A stretch of 60,287 nt of DNA from Candidatus Kapaibacterium sp. (GCA_032027125.1 JAVSMQ010000001.1:1234242-1294528); one strand, 5' to 3'; positions 19,540 to 29,996 are shown, counted from the first letter of the stretch. Numbers and translations: made by a program. The notes: a model not told the origin generated them from the sequence alone.

Positions 19540-20715
19540 CTAAATATATAATTCGTGAACCGCTTTGTTTTCTTTAATTTTATTTATTGCCGAATTTATA
19601 TCCTCAATTAAGTCCTCGTAATGTTCAAGACCGACAGACAGCCTTATGAGCGAATCTTTAACGCCCGAGTTAATCCTTATATCACGCGGAATTGATTTGT
19701 GTGTCATAGCTGCAGGATGACATATTAAACTCTTTACTCCGCCAAGGCTTTCTGCAAGTTTGAAATATTTTGTAGAAGAAGCAATTTTTTGAGCAATATC
19801 ATAATCATCATTTTTGAGAGTAAATGAAATCATACCTCCGAATGCTTTTTGCTGACGAGAAGCAATATCGTGATTTTTATGAGTAGTAAGACCCGGATAG
19901 AATACTTCTGCAACATTAGGGTTTTCTACAAGTGATTTTGCAACCTCAAAAGCATTGACGGAATGCTGCTCAACCCGGAATTTCAAAGTCTCAATTCCTC
20001 GTATTAAAAGCCAGGAATCAAATGGTCCTAATATTCCGCCTGAAGAATTTTGAATAAATTTGATTTTATCAGCCAATTCCTGTGTACCGACTACAACAAG
20101 ACCGGCAATCAAATCCGAGTGTCCACCGAGATATTTCGTTGCGCTGTGTATAACAATATCAGCTCCGAGCAACAGCGGATTTTGAAGAATCGGAGATGCA
20201 AAAGTATTGTCAACTACAACTAAAGCACCTGCGGCGTGAGCAATTTCACTGATTACTGTAATATCCGAAATTTTTAAAGTCGGATTAGTGGGAGATTCAA
20301 GCCATACAAGTTTTGTTTTTTCAGTAATGGCATTTGCAACATTTTCAGCATCAGTTGTATCAACGTATTTAATATTCAGACCGAATTTCTGATAAATATG
20401 TGTGAAGATTCTGAATGTTCCTCCGTAAATATCATCAACTGCTATAATTTCATCACCGGTTGACAATAATTTTATAACAGCGTCTATGGCTGCCAGTCCG
20501 CTTGCAAATGCAAATCCGGCTTTACCGAATTCAAGTTTTGCCGATAAATCCTCAAGCACTTTACGTGTCGGATTATTCGAGCGGGCGTAGTCGTAACCTT
20601 TATTTACACCAGGTGCTTCCTGCACATAAGTAGAAGTCTGGTAAATGGGAGTGCTGATTGCTCCCGTCAGTTCATCAGCGGCAAGTGAATGCAATATACT
20701 CGTTTCGAGTCTCAT
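19540..20715 (-). CDS. metB: Cystathionine gamma-synthase/lyase (trans-sulfuration PLP enzyme)
   Basis: PIYQTSTY, YARS.NPT, ESPTNP, VDNTF, HSATKYLGGHSD, AESLGGV.SL, RLSVGLE; under a SAM riboswitch and upstream of hom (metB vs metC not resolvable). Confidence 0.85.
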   Translation of the reverse strand: MRLETSILHSLAADELTGAISTPIYQTSTYVQEAPGVNKGYDYARSNNPTRKVLEDLSAKLEFGKAGFAFASGLAAIDAVIKLLSTGDEIIAVDDIYGGTFRIFTHIYQKFGLNIKYVDTTDAENVANAITEKTKLVWLESPTNPTLKISDITVISEIAHAAGALVVVDNTFASPILQNPLLLGADIVIHSATKYLGGHSDLIAGLVVVGTQELADKIKFIQNSSGGILGPFDSWLLIRGIETLKFRVEQHSVNAFEVAKSLVENPNVAEVFYPGLTTHKNHDIASRQQKAFGGMISFTLKNDDYDIAQKIASSTKYFKLAESLGGVKSLICHPAAMTHKSIPRDIRINSGVKDSLIRLSVGLEHYEDLIEDINSAINKIKENKAVHELYI

Positions 20716-20784
20716 AAAATACTCCAATATAATTATAATGAATAAGTTTGAATTTCTGATTATTTGGCAGAGTCGTGTCGGAAG

Positions 20785-20821
20785 AAAAAAAAAATCTCTC
20801 CCGATAAGTCGGAAGAGATTT
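20785..20821 (-). terminator. Riboswitch-controlled terminator
   Basis: Minus strand aaatctcttccga-ctta-tcgggagagattt followed by a T run; contains cttatc complementary to the P1 gataag. Confidence 0.8.
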
Positions 20822-20850
20822 CTATAAAATTATATTGATATCTCATCTTT

Positions 20851-20955
20851 CTTATCTATCTTCGGCATTTGTCGAAGCTGGAATTAGCACCTTAAACAAT
20901 TAAGTTTAGGTTGCTAAGACGTCTCAGGGCCAGTCCCTCAGTCTTTCTTGATAAG
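20851..20955 (-). promoter_or_regulatory. SAM-I riboswitch
   Basis: Minus strand CTTATCAAGA..GAGGGACTGGCCC.GA...GCAACC...GGTGCTAATTCC...GATAAG; upstream of met genes. Confidence 0.95.
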
Positions 20956-21150
20956 TAAAATTACAAAGAACAATATTCAAAAGTAAGAAAAATAATTATA
21001 ACAGCCAAATAAAATATTTCGTATCACCAATAAATTCACAATTAACAATACCACTCTTACATCCATATTCCGTGTATTCATAGTTGAATGAATTTCTCAC
21101 ACGCTTTTTCAAGATGCTGTTAAACATACGAACAACTGCAAAGAATGCAA

Positions 21151-22215
21151 CTAATTAATTTCAACATTTGTTGACAGAATATCGGTAACGTATTGAACTA
21201 TTGAAATCATTTTTGCATAATTCATTCTTTTAGGACCTATCAATCCGATAGAGCCGCAGGCGGTACCTACCTTGTAAGTGCTTTTTATGAGGCTGTATTC
21301 CTGAAGAATATTATTGTTAATTTCCTTGCCGATATAAACCTGAACTTTATCACTTTCATCAAATTGCTCAAACAGATGAATTATAATATCCTCATTCTCC
21401 ACAAGTTCAATTACTCCCCTCACTTTATTAGGATTCTCAAATTCGGGATAATCAAGCAAGTGGTGAGTACCTGTTATTGCAACCTTATCACCGGAGGATT
21501 CGCGAGCAAATATTTTATCTACAGAATCAGTAAATAATCTTATTAATGGTGTGTGACGCAAAGTAAAATCATTTATAATATCACTGAAATTATCTCTTAT
21601 ATAATTCAAATTTCTGCCGGAAATTTTTTCATTTAGCATCCTTGAAATTTCGTCTAAATTTTTAATATCGTTTTCAAAATCTGCTTCGATAGTTACTGTT
21701 CTTATAATATTGGATTCGAGAGCTACTACAACGAGAATTTTTGTTGAGCTTAGTTCAATAAGTTCAATTTTCTGAACAGTGAGGTCGCGGATATTCGGAA
21801 ACTGTACAATTCCCAGATATTTTGATAACAATCCTAAAATTTTGGATGCATTTTTGAAAACCGTATCATTGCCGGCGTTAGTCAGAGAGTCGCTAACAGT
21901 TAAAATTTCCTTTTTATTTAATTTTTCAATCTTACTGATTGTATCCACATAAAAGCGGTAACCTTTGTCCGTAGGTATTCTGCCTGCTGAAGTATGGGGA
22001 TGGCTGATATATTCGAGGTCTTCGAGGTCGGACATGATATTTCTCAAAGTAGCAGGTGAGAGTTTAAGCTCATCCTGAATAAACTTTGATAAATACCTCG
22101 AACCTACCGGCACGGCATTCAGTATATACAATTGAACGATTTGACGCAATATCTCACGCTCGCGGTCGTTTAGTTCGCGCTGAATCTTATTGGCAATATT
22201 TATTGATTTGTGCAT
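21151..22215 (-). CDS. hrcA: Heat-inducible transcription repressor HrcA
   Basis: PVGSR.L, SPATLRNIM.DLE, PHTSAGRIPTDKGYRFYVD, IGPKRMNY. Confidence 0.97.
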   Translation of the reverse strand: MHKSINIANKIQRELNDREREILRQIVQLYILNAVPVGSRYLSKFIQDELKLSPATLRNIMSDLEDLEYISHPHTSAGRIPTDKGYRFYVDTISKIEKLNKKEILTVSDSLTNAGNDTVFKNASKILGLLSKYLGIVQFPNIRDLTVQKIELIELSSTKILVVVALESNIIRTVTIEADFENDIKNLDEISRMLNEKISGRNLNYIRDNFSDIINDFTLRHTPLIRLFTDSVDKIFARESSGDKVAITGTHHLLDYPEFENPNKVRGVIELVENEDIIIHLFEQFDESDKVQVYIGKEINNNILQEYSLIKSTYKVGTACGSIGLIGPKRMNYAKMISIVQYVTDILSTNVEIN

Positions 22216-22252
22216 TACTATTAGGACGAATTAAACTGCAAAATCAATAAAT

Positions 22253-22501
22253 TTAATCATTTACTTTATCGCCGGCGAGGAATTTAACTACAAAAACGCT
22301 TTTATGAATCTCAAATATTTCCTTGAGTTCGGTTTGCAGCAGGTTCATGATTACATCATATTCACCGGAGACCTGTGTACTGATGTTATTTCTAAGGATG
22401 CTGACACCTGCATAAGATTCCATTTTAGCAATAAAACCTTTAACTACGGGAATAAATTCTTCTGTCAAAGGATAAAGACTGATATCAATTGTTAATTTCA
22501 T
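22253..22501 (-). CDS. YkoF-like thiamine/HMP-binding protein
   Basis: IDISLYPL..EFIP.V..FI...N..STQV.GEYD.IM. Confidence 0.75.
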   Translation of the reverse strand: MKLTIDISLYPLTEEFIPVVKGFIAKMESYAGVSILRNNISTQVSGEYDVIMNLLQTELKEIFEIHKSVFVVKFLAGDKVND

Positions 22502-22594
22502 AATATTCTAATAAAGAAATAAATAATAGTAGAATAAAATAAGGTAATTTTATTGTAAAAATAGTAATACGGGAAGTTAATGACAAATTAAAAA

Positions 22595-23056
22595 TACAAA
22601 ATTTAAACACATAAGAAGCATAAGTTCTTAATGTCAATAATTACGTATATATCCTGATTTGCCTTATATGGTTCAGATGGATTTAATTTAAATTCTCATT
22701 AACAAGACAAAATTTAATCACATAAGACACATCAGTTCTTAATGTTAATAATTACCTATATGCCCTTATATTCCTTATATGGTTCAGATGGATTTAATTT
22801 TAATTCTCATTAACAAGACAAAATTTAATCACATAAGACACATAAGTTCTAAATGATAATAATTGCTTATATGTCTTTATATGGTTCAGATGGATTTTTT
22901 TTAAATTCTCATTAACAAGACAAAATTTAACCACATAAGACACATAAGTTCTAAATGATAATAATTGCTTATATGTCCTTATATGGTTCTGATGGATTTT
23001 TTTTAAATTCTCATTAACAAGACAAAATTTAATCACATAAGACACATCAGATGGAT
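22595..23056. repeat. Tandem array of about 4.5 units (102-111 bp), each with a REP-like cacataagacacataag...cttatatgtcyttatatgg hairpin
   Basis: aattctcattaacaagacaaaattt recurs at 22691, 22802, 22904 and 23006. Confidence 0.92.
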
Positions 23057-23233
23057 TTTTGAATTCTGAATTATCATAGGTTCAAATTGCTTTTACTTCA
23101 GATTAACTTTGTTTCAGGGATGGAGTTTATCCTATGGTAAATCAGATAAAATATTATTTGGCAAATATTTGTATATTTTTATCGTTAACAAGAAATAAAG
23201 GTATTATAACATTTCTGGTTATCAATCGAAACA

Positions 23234-25039
23234 ATGCAGCTTACAGATGAACAACTAAATATCATAAATTCTACCGGCAATATAAAAATCAATGCTGTTG
23301 CAGGCTCGGGAAAGACCTCAACACTCATTGAATTTGCAAATGCCAGACCTAAAGACAGTAAAATTCTTTATATAGCTTTTAATAAATCTGTAAAGTTGGA
23401 AGCCGTCAAAAAATTCACGGGCAAAGGGCTTTTAAATGTTAAAGTCGAAACAGCCCATTCTCTTGCATATAAGCACGTAGTCTATCAGCACAATTATAAA
23501 GTCCGCCCGCAGGGATACAAATCGCATGAAACAGCAGGATTGCTCGGATTAAAAGTTGGCGGTGAGAAACATGCCGAATATATAATAGCTAACCATATCA
23601 ATAAATTCATTTCTTATTTTTGTAACAGCGATGCTGAAAAAGTACAGCAGTTGAATTATCTTGATGTTGTTTTTGACGCCAAAGCACAAATATTTGTCAG
23701 AAAATTTTATGATTATATCGAACATCAAACCCGTCTTCTCTTAGGAAAAATGAATAAAGGCGACATTGATATAACCCACGATTTTTATCTTAAAAAATTC
23801 CAATTATCAATGCCGGTTCTGAATTACGATTATATCCTATTCGACGAGGGACAGGATGCTTCGGCGGCAATGCTTGATATATTCCTTCGCCAGAAAGCAG
23901 CGAAAGTGATTGTCGGAGATACTCACCAGCAGATTTATTCATGGCGGTATGCAGTAAATTCATTGGAGAAAGTTGATTTCAGGAATTTCAATCTTACGAG
24001 AAGTTTTCGGTTTAGTCAGGGTATCGCTGATTTGGCTATGGAAATACTGCAATGGAAAAGGGAATTCTCTGAATATAAACCGCTTCAGATTTATGGTGAC
24101 GGTTCGAGTGGCGGCAAAAAAGTTAAGGCAGTAATAGCAAGAACAAATCTCGGACTGCTGCTGAAGGCAATAGAATATATTACCGAGGAAAGAAAATCGA
24201 AACATATTTATTTCGAAGGAAATTTCAATTCATATACTTACGCAGACTCCGGCGCATCACTCTACGACGTACTTAACCTTTATAACAACAACAGGAAGTT
24301 AATAAAGGACAGTCTCATTAAAGAGATGAAAAATATGCACGAACTTGAAGAATATATTGAAAAAACTGAAGATGCAGAGTTGTCAATGATGGTTGAAATT
24401 GTAAGAGAGTACGGCAATGAAATACCAGGTATTATTAAAAAAATCAAAGACAAACATGTTGAAAATGATGAAAAAGAAAAAGCTGATATGATTTTCTCGA
24501 CAGTGCATCGAAGTAAAGGGATGGAATATGATGAGGTTCATCTGGCAAATGATTTCATAACGTATGAAAAAATCGAAAAGCAACTGCACGATAATTGGGA
24601 GGGTGAACCCAATTTATCGAAAATGAATGAAGAAGTTAATCTTTTATATGTCGCTGTAACAAGAACAAGAAACACAATATATATCCCTGATGAAATCATA
24701 TCTGAAGGCATTCTTTATCCTTCTGAAATCATTATTGAGAGTGTTGAGCATAGCAAAGAAACAATAAAGCCGGATAAAAGTAAATCCAAAAAGGCAAAGA
24801 AGAAAAGCTATTCTTTTGAACAAATAAATGATGAAAAACAAAAGCCGGATAAAATTGCTCAAATCAAAGAAAATAATAAAGATGCCTATAAACCATGGAC
24901 GACCGAACTTGATGATGAACTGACAGTAATGTTTTGCGAAGGGAAAAATATTAAATCAATGGCAAAACATTTTGGCAGGACAAACGGTGCAATAATTTCA
25001 AGAATAAAAAAATTAGAGCTTGAAGAAATTTACGCGTAA
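23234..25039 (+). CDS. UvrD/Rep-like SF1 helicase with C-terminal HTH-like extension
   Basis: AVAGSGKTST, DEGQD, VGDTHQQIY, SFRF, STVHRSKGME, LYVAVTR; tail AYKPWT.E.D..L...HFGRT.GAI.SR. Confidence 0.9.
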   Translation: MQLTDEQLNIINSTGNIKINAVAGSGKTSTLIEFANARPKDSKILYIAFNKSVKLEAVKKFTGKGLLNVKVETAHSLAYKHVVYQHNYKVRPQGYKSHETAGLLGLKVGGEKHAEYIIANHINKFISYFCNSDAEKVQQLNYLDVVFDAKAQIFVRKFYDYIEHQTRLLLGKMNKGDIDITHDFYLKKFQLSMPVLNYDYILFDEGQDASAAMLDIFLRQKAAKVIVGDTHQQIYSWRYAVNSLEKVDFRNFNLTRSFRFSQGIADLAMEILQWKREFSEYKPLQIYGDGSSGGKKVKAVIARTNLGLLLKAIEYITEERKSKHIYFEGNFNSYTYADSGASLYDVLNLYNNNRKLIKDSLIKEMKNMHELEEYIEKTEDAELSMMVEIVREYGNEIPGIIKKIKDKHVENDEKEKADMIFSTVHRSKGMEYDEVHLANDFITYEKIEKQLHDNWEGEPNLSKMNEEVNLLYVAVTRTRNTIYIPDEIISEGILYPSEIIIESVEHSKETIKPDKSKSKKAKKKSYSFEQINDEKQKPDKIAQIKENNKDAYKPWTTELDDELTVMFCEGKNIKSMAKHFGRTNGAIISRIKKLELEEIYA

Positions 25040-25275
25040 TTAATTCAAAAAGTTAATATTAGAAAAGAAATTTAAACAATATAAATCACATAAGTAATCA
25101 TAAGAAAAGATTGTAAATCAGTGTTTAAGTTTTTCTTTGAGATTTTGTGAACCTTAAATAGATTTGCAATCATCGGTTGGATTGTATCATAAATTATACA
25201 CTAATACATCAACTCATCAAGTCAATTTTAGTTAATTTTGAATAAACTAAATTCAGCCACTTTTCGTAAATCTAA

Positions 25276-25803
25276 TTGATGGAAAATGTAATGAATTATA
25301 TTGATATTGAATTTGATAAATTGACTCGGTCTATAGAAAACATAGTAACCGGAGATGTGTTTGATACCGAACTTGTTCTTCTAAATTCAAAAAATAAAAA
25401 TGAAATTAGAAAATATGACTGGCTTTTTGATTGGCATAGTCAATTGGATTTAATTGATAGAGAAGTCTATAAATTAACTATCATAGGAAACCCAAATGTA
25501 ATCCAAGGATTAATTAGCTTTTCGGACAGAGGTGACCATATTTATATAAATTTGATAGAAAGTTCAGAATTTAATAGAGGAAAAAATAAAATTTACTATG
25601 GAGTACCCGGAAATTTAGTTGCTTTTGTATGTAAAGTGTCTTTTGAAAAAGGGTATGATGGATTTGTAGCATTTGATGCAAAAACAAATTTAATAAAACA
25701 TTATCAGGAAACAATCTCAGCAACCCATTTCAAAGGTACTCGAATGTTTATCAAACCTGATTCAGCCTTGAAATTAGTTAATCAATATTTTAAACAGGTA
25801 TAA
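25276..25803 (+). CDS. GNAT-fold-like conserved hypothetical protein
   Basis: IQGLIS...HIYINLIES..FN.G..K.Y.GV.GNLVAF.CK.SF..GY.GFV.F.AKT.LI.HY. Confidence 0.75.
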   Translation: MMENVMNYIDIEFDKLTRSIENIVTGDVFDTELVLLNSKNKNEIRKYDWLFDWHSQLDLIDREVYKLTIIGNPNVIQGLISFSDRGDHIYINLIESSEFNRGKNKIYYGVPGNLVAFVCKVSFEKGYDGFVAFDAKTNLIKHYQETISATHFKGTRMFIKPDSALKLVNQYFKQV

Positions 25804-25805
25804 AA

Positions 25806-25955
25806 ATGGGACTTATTAAAGAACCTCGCAATGTTGACTTTTATGTAATTGATAAAGTATGGACAGCTAAAGAATTAAAAGAATTCAGAATGATAATTCA
25901 AGAACAAAAACAACAGTCATTAAAGAAGAAATTAATTTCCACAAAAAAGAAATAA
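25806..25955 (+). CDS. Small basic 49-aa partner protein
   Basis: Manual translation MGLIKEPRNVDFYVIDKVWTAKELKEFRMIIQEQKQQSLKKKLISTKKK, starting 2 bp after the upstream stop. Confidence 0.65.
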   Translation: MGLIKEPRNVDFYVIDKVWTAKELKEFRMIIQEQKQQSLKKKLISTKKK

Positions 25956-26235
25956 TCTTTGTATTAATTCTGATATTCAGCAATTTTTCAAAAACATACC
26001 GCTTGAATTAAGATTATTTTGTAAAGCAGTTGTTTCACTTTTTATTACTTTTACAAACAATCTAAAGAATTACAATCATCGGTAAGATATTTTTGTTACT
26101 TTTTCACCAGTCTTCCAATTGGCTGATATTTATAGTCAGTAATATGTCAAATACTGTTTCCTTCTATTAAATGTAAATTATTGAATTCACACTACTTTCT
26201 TTAATAATTCGTTATCCGAATTTGAAAATATGAGT

Positions 26236-26319
26236 TCCGTTGGAGGTGCTGTATCCAAAAGATATGGCTGAGAGAGTCTCCTCGAACCTGATCCGGGTAA
26301 TACCGGCGTAGGGAAACGG
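26236..26319 (+). promoter_or_regulatory. TPP riboswitch
   Basis: GGAGGTGC...GCTGAGA...GAACCTGATCCGGGTAATACCGGCGTAGGGAA with ccgtt/aacgg P1. Confidence 0.95.
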
Positions 26320-26401
26320 TTGTGAATCATCCGCTTAGAATTTGCTCTCCTTATGACCCCACGGGAAACTCGAATTGTTGAATAAACTTAACGAGGTTTC
26401 T

Positions 26402-28795
26402 GTGAAAAGTTTTATAGTTTTGTTGCTTTTTATTTTTCCCGCAATAATTATTGCGGAAGACTTTGCCGAATCCCGTGCAGATTCCGCCAGAGTATATCGT
26501 GTTCCCAGCATTACAGTCAGTTCGACACGTGCTAACGCCCAAAATTCCCCCGTTCCGTTTGCCGAAATATCAAAATCGGAAATAGAACAGTCAAATACGG
26601 CTATTGATTTACCTCAACTCTTGAGCGAAATGCCGTCTATGCTTTCATATTCCGAGAATGGTAACGGAATCGGATATTCCTATATTTCTCTTCGCGGTTT
26701 TGACCAACGACGAATCTCCATAATGGTTAACGGCATTCCCCAAAATGACCCCGAAGACCATAACTTCTACTGGATTAATCTTTCCGATATAGGTTCAACA
26801 CTTGAAAATATTCAGGTTCAGCGCGGTGCAGGTTTATCATCTTATGGTCCGGCAGCAATTGGCGGAAGTATTTTGCTTTCAACTGTGAATTATGTGAAAT
26901 TCAGGGGTGTAAATATTTCTTCCGGTATCGGTTATCAGGAATATGGTGCCGGTAATGAAAATTTATCCCAAATATCAAGCCGGTATGCTGTAGAATATTC
27001 TTCAGGATTGACCGATAATTATGCATTTTATGCAAAGCTCGGACGCATAAATTCATTCGGTTACAGAGACCAGTCCTGGGCTTATCTCAATAGTTATTTT
27101 TTCTCTGCTATGAGATTTGACGGTGATTTAACCACCCAATTAAATATTTACGGCGGCTCACAGACTGACGGACTTGCATATAACGGTGTTCCGTATTCAT
27201 ATATTAAAGACCCTTCTCTCCGCCGGTCAAATTACAGCTATTTCAGTTATGATTCAACTGATGGAAATACAATTACCTGGACAACTAAAAGACGTCCACA
27301 GGAAGTAGAGAATTTCTCACAGCCGCAGCTCGAAATTCTTAATGACTGGAGAGTATCGGATAAAGTAACATTTAAATCAGCGGTATTCTTTAAAATGGGT
27401 GAAGGTTATTTTGATTATGACGGTACAGGATGGACTGGTGCAAACACATTCAGATTAAACCCTGAAAATGGATTTATTGATGCTGAAGACCCGCAAAACC
27501 CGATTATCAGAGCTTTTGTCGGCAACCGTTACGGAGGATGGATACCAAAAGTGGAATTTGAACACGATAAGGGTAAATTGATGGTAGGAGCAGAAGTCAG
27601 AATCCACCGTTCCGAACATTGGGGAAAAATAAATTTTGCTGAAAATTTACCCGAAAATTACGACCCTGATTATAAATTCTATTCATATAACGGAGTCCGT
27701 AATATTTATTCTTTATTTGCAAGCGAGAGTTTTAATGTTACTGATGAATTAACAATAAATGTCGAAGGACAGCTTGTCAGTCATTTGTATGCAATCGAAA
27801 ATGAAAGAGCTGGCAAGAATTTTACTACTTATCAGACAACTGATGGCGGCATAGTTGGAAACGGCGACAGATTATTTGAGGTAAATTATTTATTTTTTAA
27901 TCCGAGATTTGGATTGAATTATAATTTTACTGAAACTCAGCGTGCTTATATTTCGATTGCCCATACTTCAAGAGAACCACGCAGAAATAATCTTTATGCT
28001 GCAAGTGATGCTGCTTTCGGTTCGACACCATTATTTGAAAGCATAAAAAATGAAGATGGACAAGCATTGTATAATTTTCTTAATCCTCTTGTTAAGCCTG
28101 AAAAAATGCTGAATTTTGAACTTGGGTGGGCATATCGTGACGAAAATTTTGCTTTAAATATTAACGGTTATCTGATGGAATATACAGACGAACTTGTCAA
28201 AAGTGGACAGCTTGATATTTTTGGCGCTCCGATTGACGGTAACGCTCCAAAAACACGCCATTATGGCATTGAATTATCGGGTAGTGCAAAAATATTCGAA
28301 TCAAAATCTGCCGGAACACTTCAAATTACCGCAAACGGGACATACAGCAAGAATCTGATTATAGATTATTGGTATAATTTTAAAAACGGTGATTTTATAT
28401 CGCTTAAAGATAATTCTATAGCCGGTTTCCCTGATTTAATGGCAAATGTCAGACTTAGTTATACAATTTCAGACTTTTTCGCATCATTTTCTTTAAAACA
28501 CGTGGGAGAATTCAGGACTGATAATTTTGGTGATTTGCTTACAAGCGACCCTAGATTTCAGCAATTACTCGGTGGCAGCGGTGAATATTATACCGTTAAT
28601 ACTGTAGATGCTTATACTGTAATGAATGCTGATTTTTCATATACTTTTACAGAAATTCCGGGATTAAATAATTTAAAACTACGGCTTCATATATATAATT
28701 TGACATATGAATTATATGCAGCAACAGGATTTGGCAGAGAATATTTCCCTGCTGCGGAAAGAAGTTACTTTTTGGGATTTGAGTTAGGATTGTAA
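26402..28795 (+). CDS. TonB-dependent receptor, probably thiamine uptake
   Basis: Plug motif GIGYSY..LRGFD..RI...VNGIP.NDPE, IQVQRGAG, barrel-like C-terminus; TPP riboswitch upstream; GTG start after GAGG. Confidence 0.92.
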   Translation: MKSFIVLLLFIFPAIIIAEDFAESRADSARVYRVPSITVSSTRANAQNSPVPFAEISKSEIEQSNTAIDLPQLLSEMPSMLSYSENGNGIGYSYISLRGFDQRRISIMVNGIPQNDPEDHNFYWINLSDIGSTLENIQVQRGAGLSSYGPAAIGGSILLSTVNYVKFRGVNISSGIGYQEYGAGNENLSQISSRYAVEYSSGLTDNYAFYAKLGRINSFGYRDQSWAYLNSYFFSAMRFDGDLTTQLNIYGGSQTDGLAYNGVPYSYIKDPSLRRSNYSYFSYDSTDGNTITWTTKRRPQEVENFSQPQLEILNDWRVSDKVTFKSAVFFKMGEGYFDYDGTGWTGANTFRLNPENGFIDAEDPQNPIIRAFVGNRYGGWIPKVEFEHDKGKLMVGAEVRIHRSEHWGKINFAENLPENYDPDYKFYSYNGVRNIYSLFASESFNVTDELTINVEGQLVSHLYAIENERAGKNFTTYQTTDGGIVGNGDRLFEVNYLFFNPRFGLNYNFTETQRAYISIAHTSREPRRNNLYAASDAAFGSTPLFESIKNEDGQALYNFLNPLVKPEKMLNFELGWAYRDENFALNINGYLMEYTDELVKSGQLDIFGAPIDGNAPKTRHYGIELSGSAKIFESKSAGTLQITANGTYSKNLIIDYWYNFKNGDFISLKDNSIAGFPDLMANVRLSYTISDFFASFSLKHVGEFRTDNFGDLLTSDPRFQQLLGGSGEYYTVNTVDAYTVMNADFSYTFTEIPGLNNLKLRLHIYNLTYELYAATGFGREYFPAAERSYFLGFELGL

Positions 28796-28811
28796 GAAAC
28801 ATAGGTTGATT

Positions 28812-28847
28812 TACCCCTTCCGAAGGCTGCAAATCCTTAGAAGGGGT
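28812..28847. repeat. Palindrome (REP-like/terminator)
   Basis: accccttccgaagg-ctgcaaat-ccttagaaggggt; related to 41872-41903. Confidence 0.55.
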
Positions 28848-28981
28848 TTGTTTGGAAAAAGTAAATCTATAACGTAGAAATGACAATTTAGAAAGGAAAT
28901 AGGAATCAGGAATCAGAATATTATTGTAGTTCAGGAACATAAATAATTGACTATTCCCATTTATGCTAAGATTTTAAAAAC

Positions 28982-29012
28982 ATACAAGCCCTTGATTTAC
29001 AAGGGCTTGTAT
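28982..29012 (-). terminator. Hairpin downstream of tRNA-Arg
   Basis: atacaagcccttg-attta-caagggcttgtat perfect 13-bp arms. Confidence 0.7.
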
Positions 29013-29034
29013 AATAAACTAAAACATTTTCGAG

Positions 29035-29108
29035 TGATCCCGACTGGATTCGAACCAGTGGCCCCAAGTTTAGGAAACTTGTGCTCTATCCTACTGAGCT
29101 ACGGGACC
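29035..29108 (-). tRNA. tRNA-Arg (anticodon CCT), CCA not encoded
   Basis: GGTCCCGTAGCTCAGTAGGATAGAGCACAAGTTTCCTAAACTTGGGGCCACTGGTTCGAATCCAGTCGGGATCA cloverleaf. Confidence 0.97.
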
Positions 29109-29115
29109 AATAAAT

Positions 29116-29574
29116 TTAATTTATTGTGTCATTACCTTCAAGCATTATTCTGCCGGGCATTTTTCCAATATCTGAATGGTCGAAATGCAATGCGGCTATA
29201 TAATTTTTAAGCAGTCGGCTGTCAATTATATGAAAACCTGACATTAATGCACGTTCTATAAGTAACTCCAATTGTTCGTTATCAATTAATCCAAGGGATG
29301 AATACTGAATTAAGTCACCATAACATTCAGGGGTAAACAAATCTTTTTCCATTGAATGTAAAATTCTGAAGCCTTTTGTTTTAAAATAATCCGGACCATT
29401 TTCAGGTATTTTGACAGTTTCAACTTTTTCAGCCAGCCAACTGAAAGCAGTCGAGATTTCGCTGGTAGTATAGCCCAAATCCTCAAGCTCCCGAATATTT
29501 GCATCCGATAATATCCTTGTATCTCTTAAAGAAGAGATTACATAGATTATTATTTCCATTATTCTTTCAGCCAT
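29116..29574 (-). CDS. DUF494 (Smg-like) protein
   Basis: ERIMEII.Y...L.DLGY...EISTAFSWL...FRILH..E. Confidence 0.8.
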   Translation of the reverse strand: MAERIMEIIIYVISSLRDTRILSDANIRELEDLGYTTSEISTAFSWLAEKVETVKIPENGPDYFKTKGFRILHSMEKDLFTPECYGDLIQYSSLGLIDNEQLELLIERALMSGFHIIDSRLLKNYIAALHFDHSDIGKMPGRIMLEGNDTIN

Positions 29575-29996
29575 TATGCTCCAGCCTTAATTTCTTTTAA
29601 GTACTTATCTTCGATTTGCGACATTTTCATGCGAAGTTCATCAGTATCATCAGTATATCCTGCTAAATGTAGTGCTCCGTGTATCGCAAGCCGTAAAATT
29701 TCATCCCGAAAGGATACATTGTAATCAAGTGACTGCATTTTTGCAGTTTCGCCGCTGATATAAATTTCTCCTTCAAGCGGATTATCATCAATTTCGAATG
29801 TAATAACATCAGTCGGATAGTCGTGACCAAGATATTTAACATTCATTTCATGAATAAACCCGTCAGTACAAATAACTACCGTAATCTCACCATTACGCTT
29901 AATTTCTTTATCTGCCACATACTTGACTGCTTTAGCTAAAAGCTTGACTTGTATGTACTTTATCGCACTCTCGTTATATACATTTATATTTATCAC
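29574..29996 (-). CDS. ybeY: rRNA maturation endoribonuclease YbeY
   Basis: YLGHDYPTDVITF, GEIYIS, IHGALHLAGY.D. Confidence 0.95.
   Translation of the reverse strand: MININVYNESAIKYIQVKLLAKAVKYVADKEIKRNGEITVVICTDGFIHEMNVKYLGHDYPTDVITFEIDDNPLEGEIYISGETAKMQSLDYNVSFRDEILRLAIHGALHLAGYTDDTDELRMKMSQIEDKYLKEIKAGA

Noticed and set aside
22595-23056. CRISPR array, or the 81-aa ORF at 22800-23045
   Set aside because: The sequence between conserved blocks is itself repeated; the ORF is a by-product of the 102-bp period.
22253-28795. Single thiamine operon linking the YkoF-like gene and the TPP-regulated receptor
   Set aside because: They are on opposite strands about 4 kb apart with unrelated genes between; linkage cannot be supported from this sequence.
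28982-29108. Integrative element at tRNA-Arg
   Set aside because: No duplicated tRNA 3' end and no integrase seen in the window.
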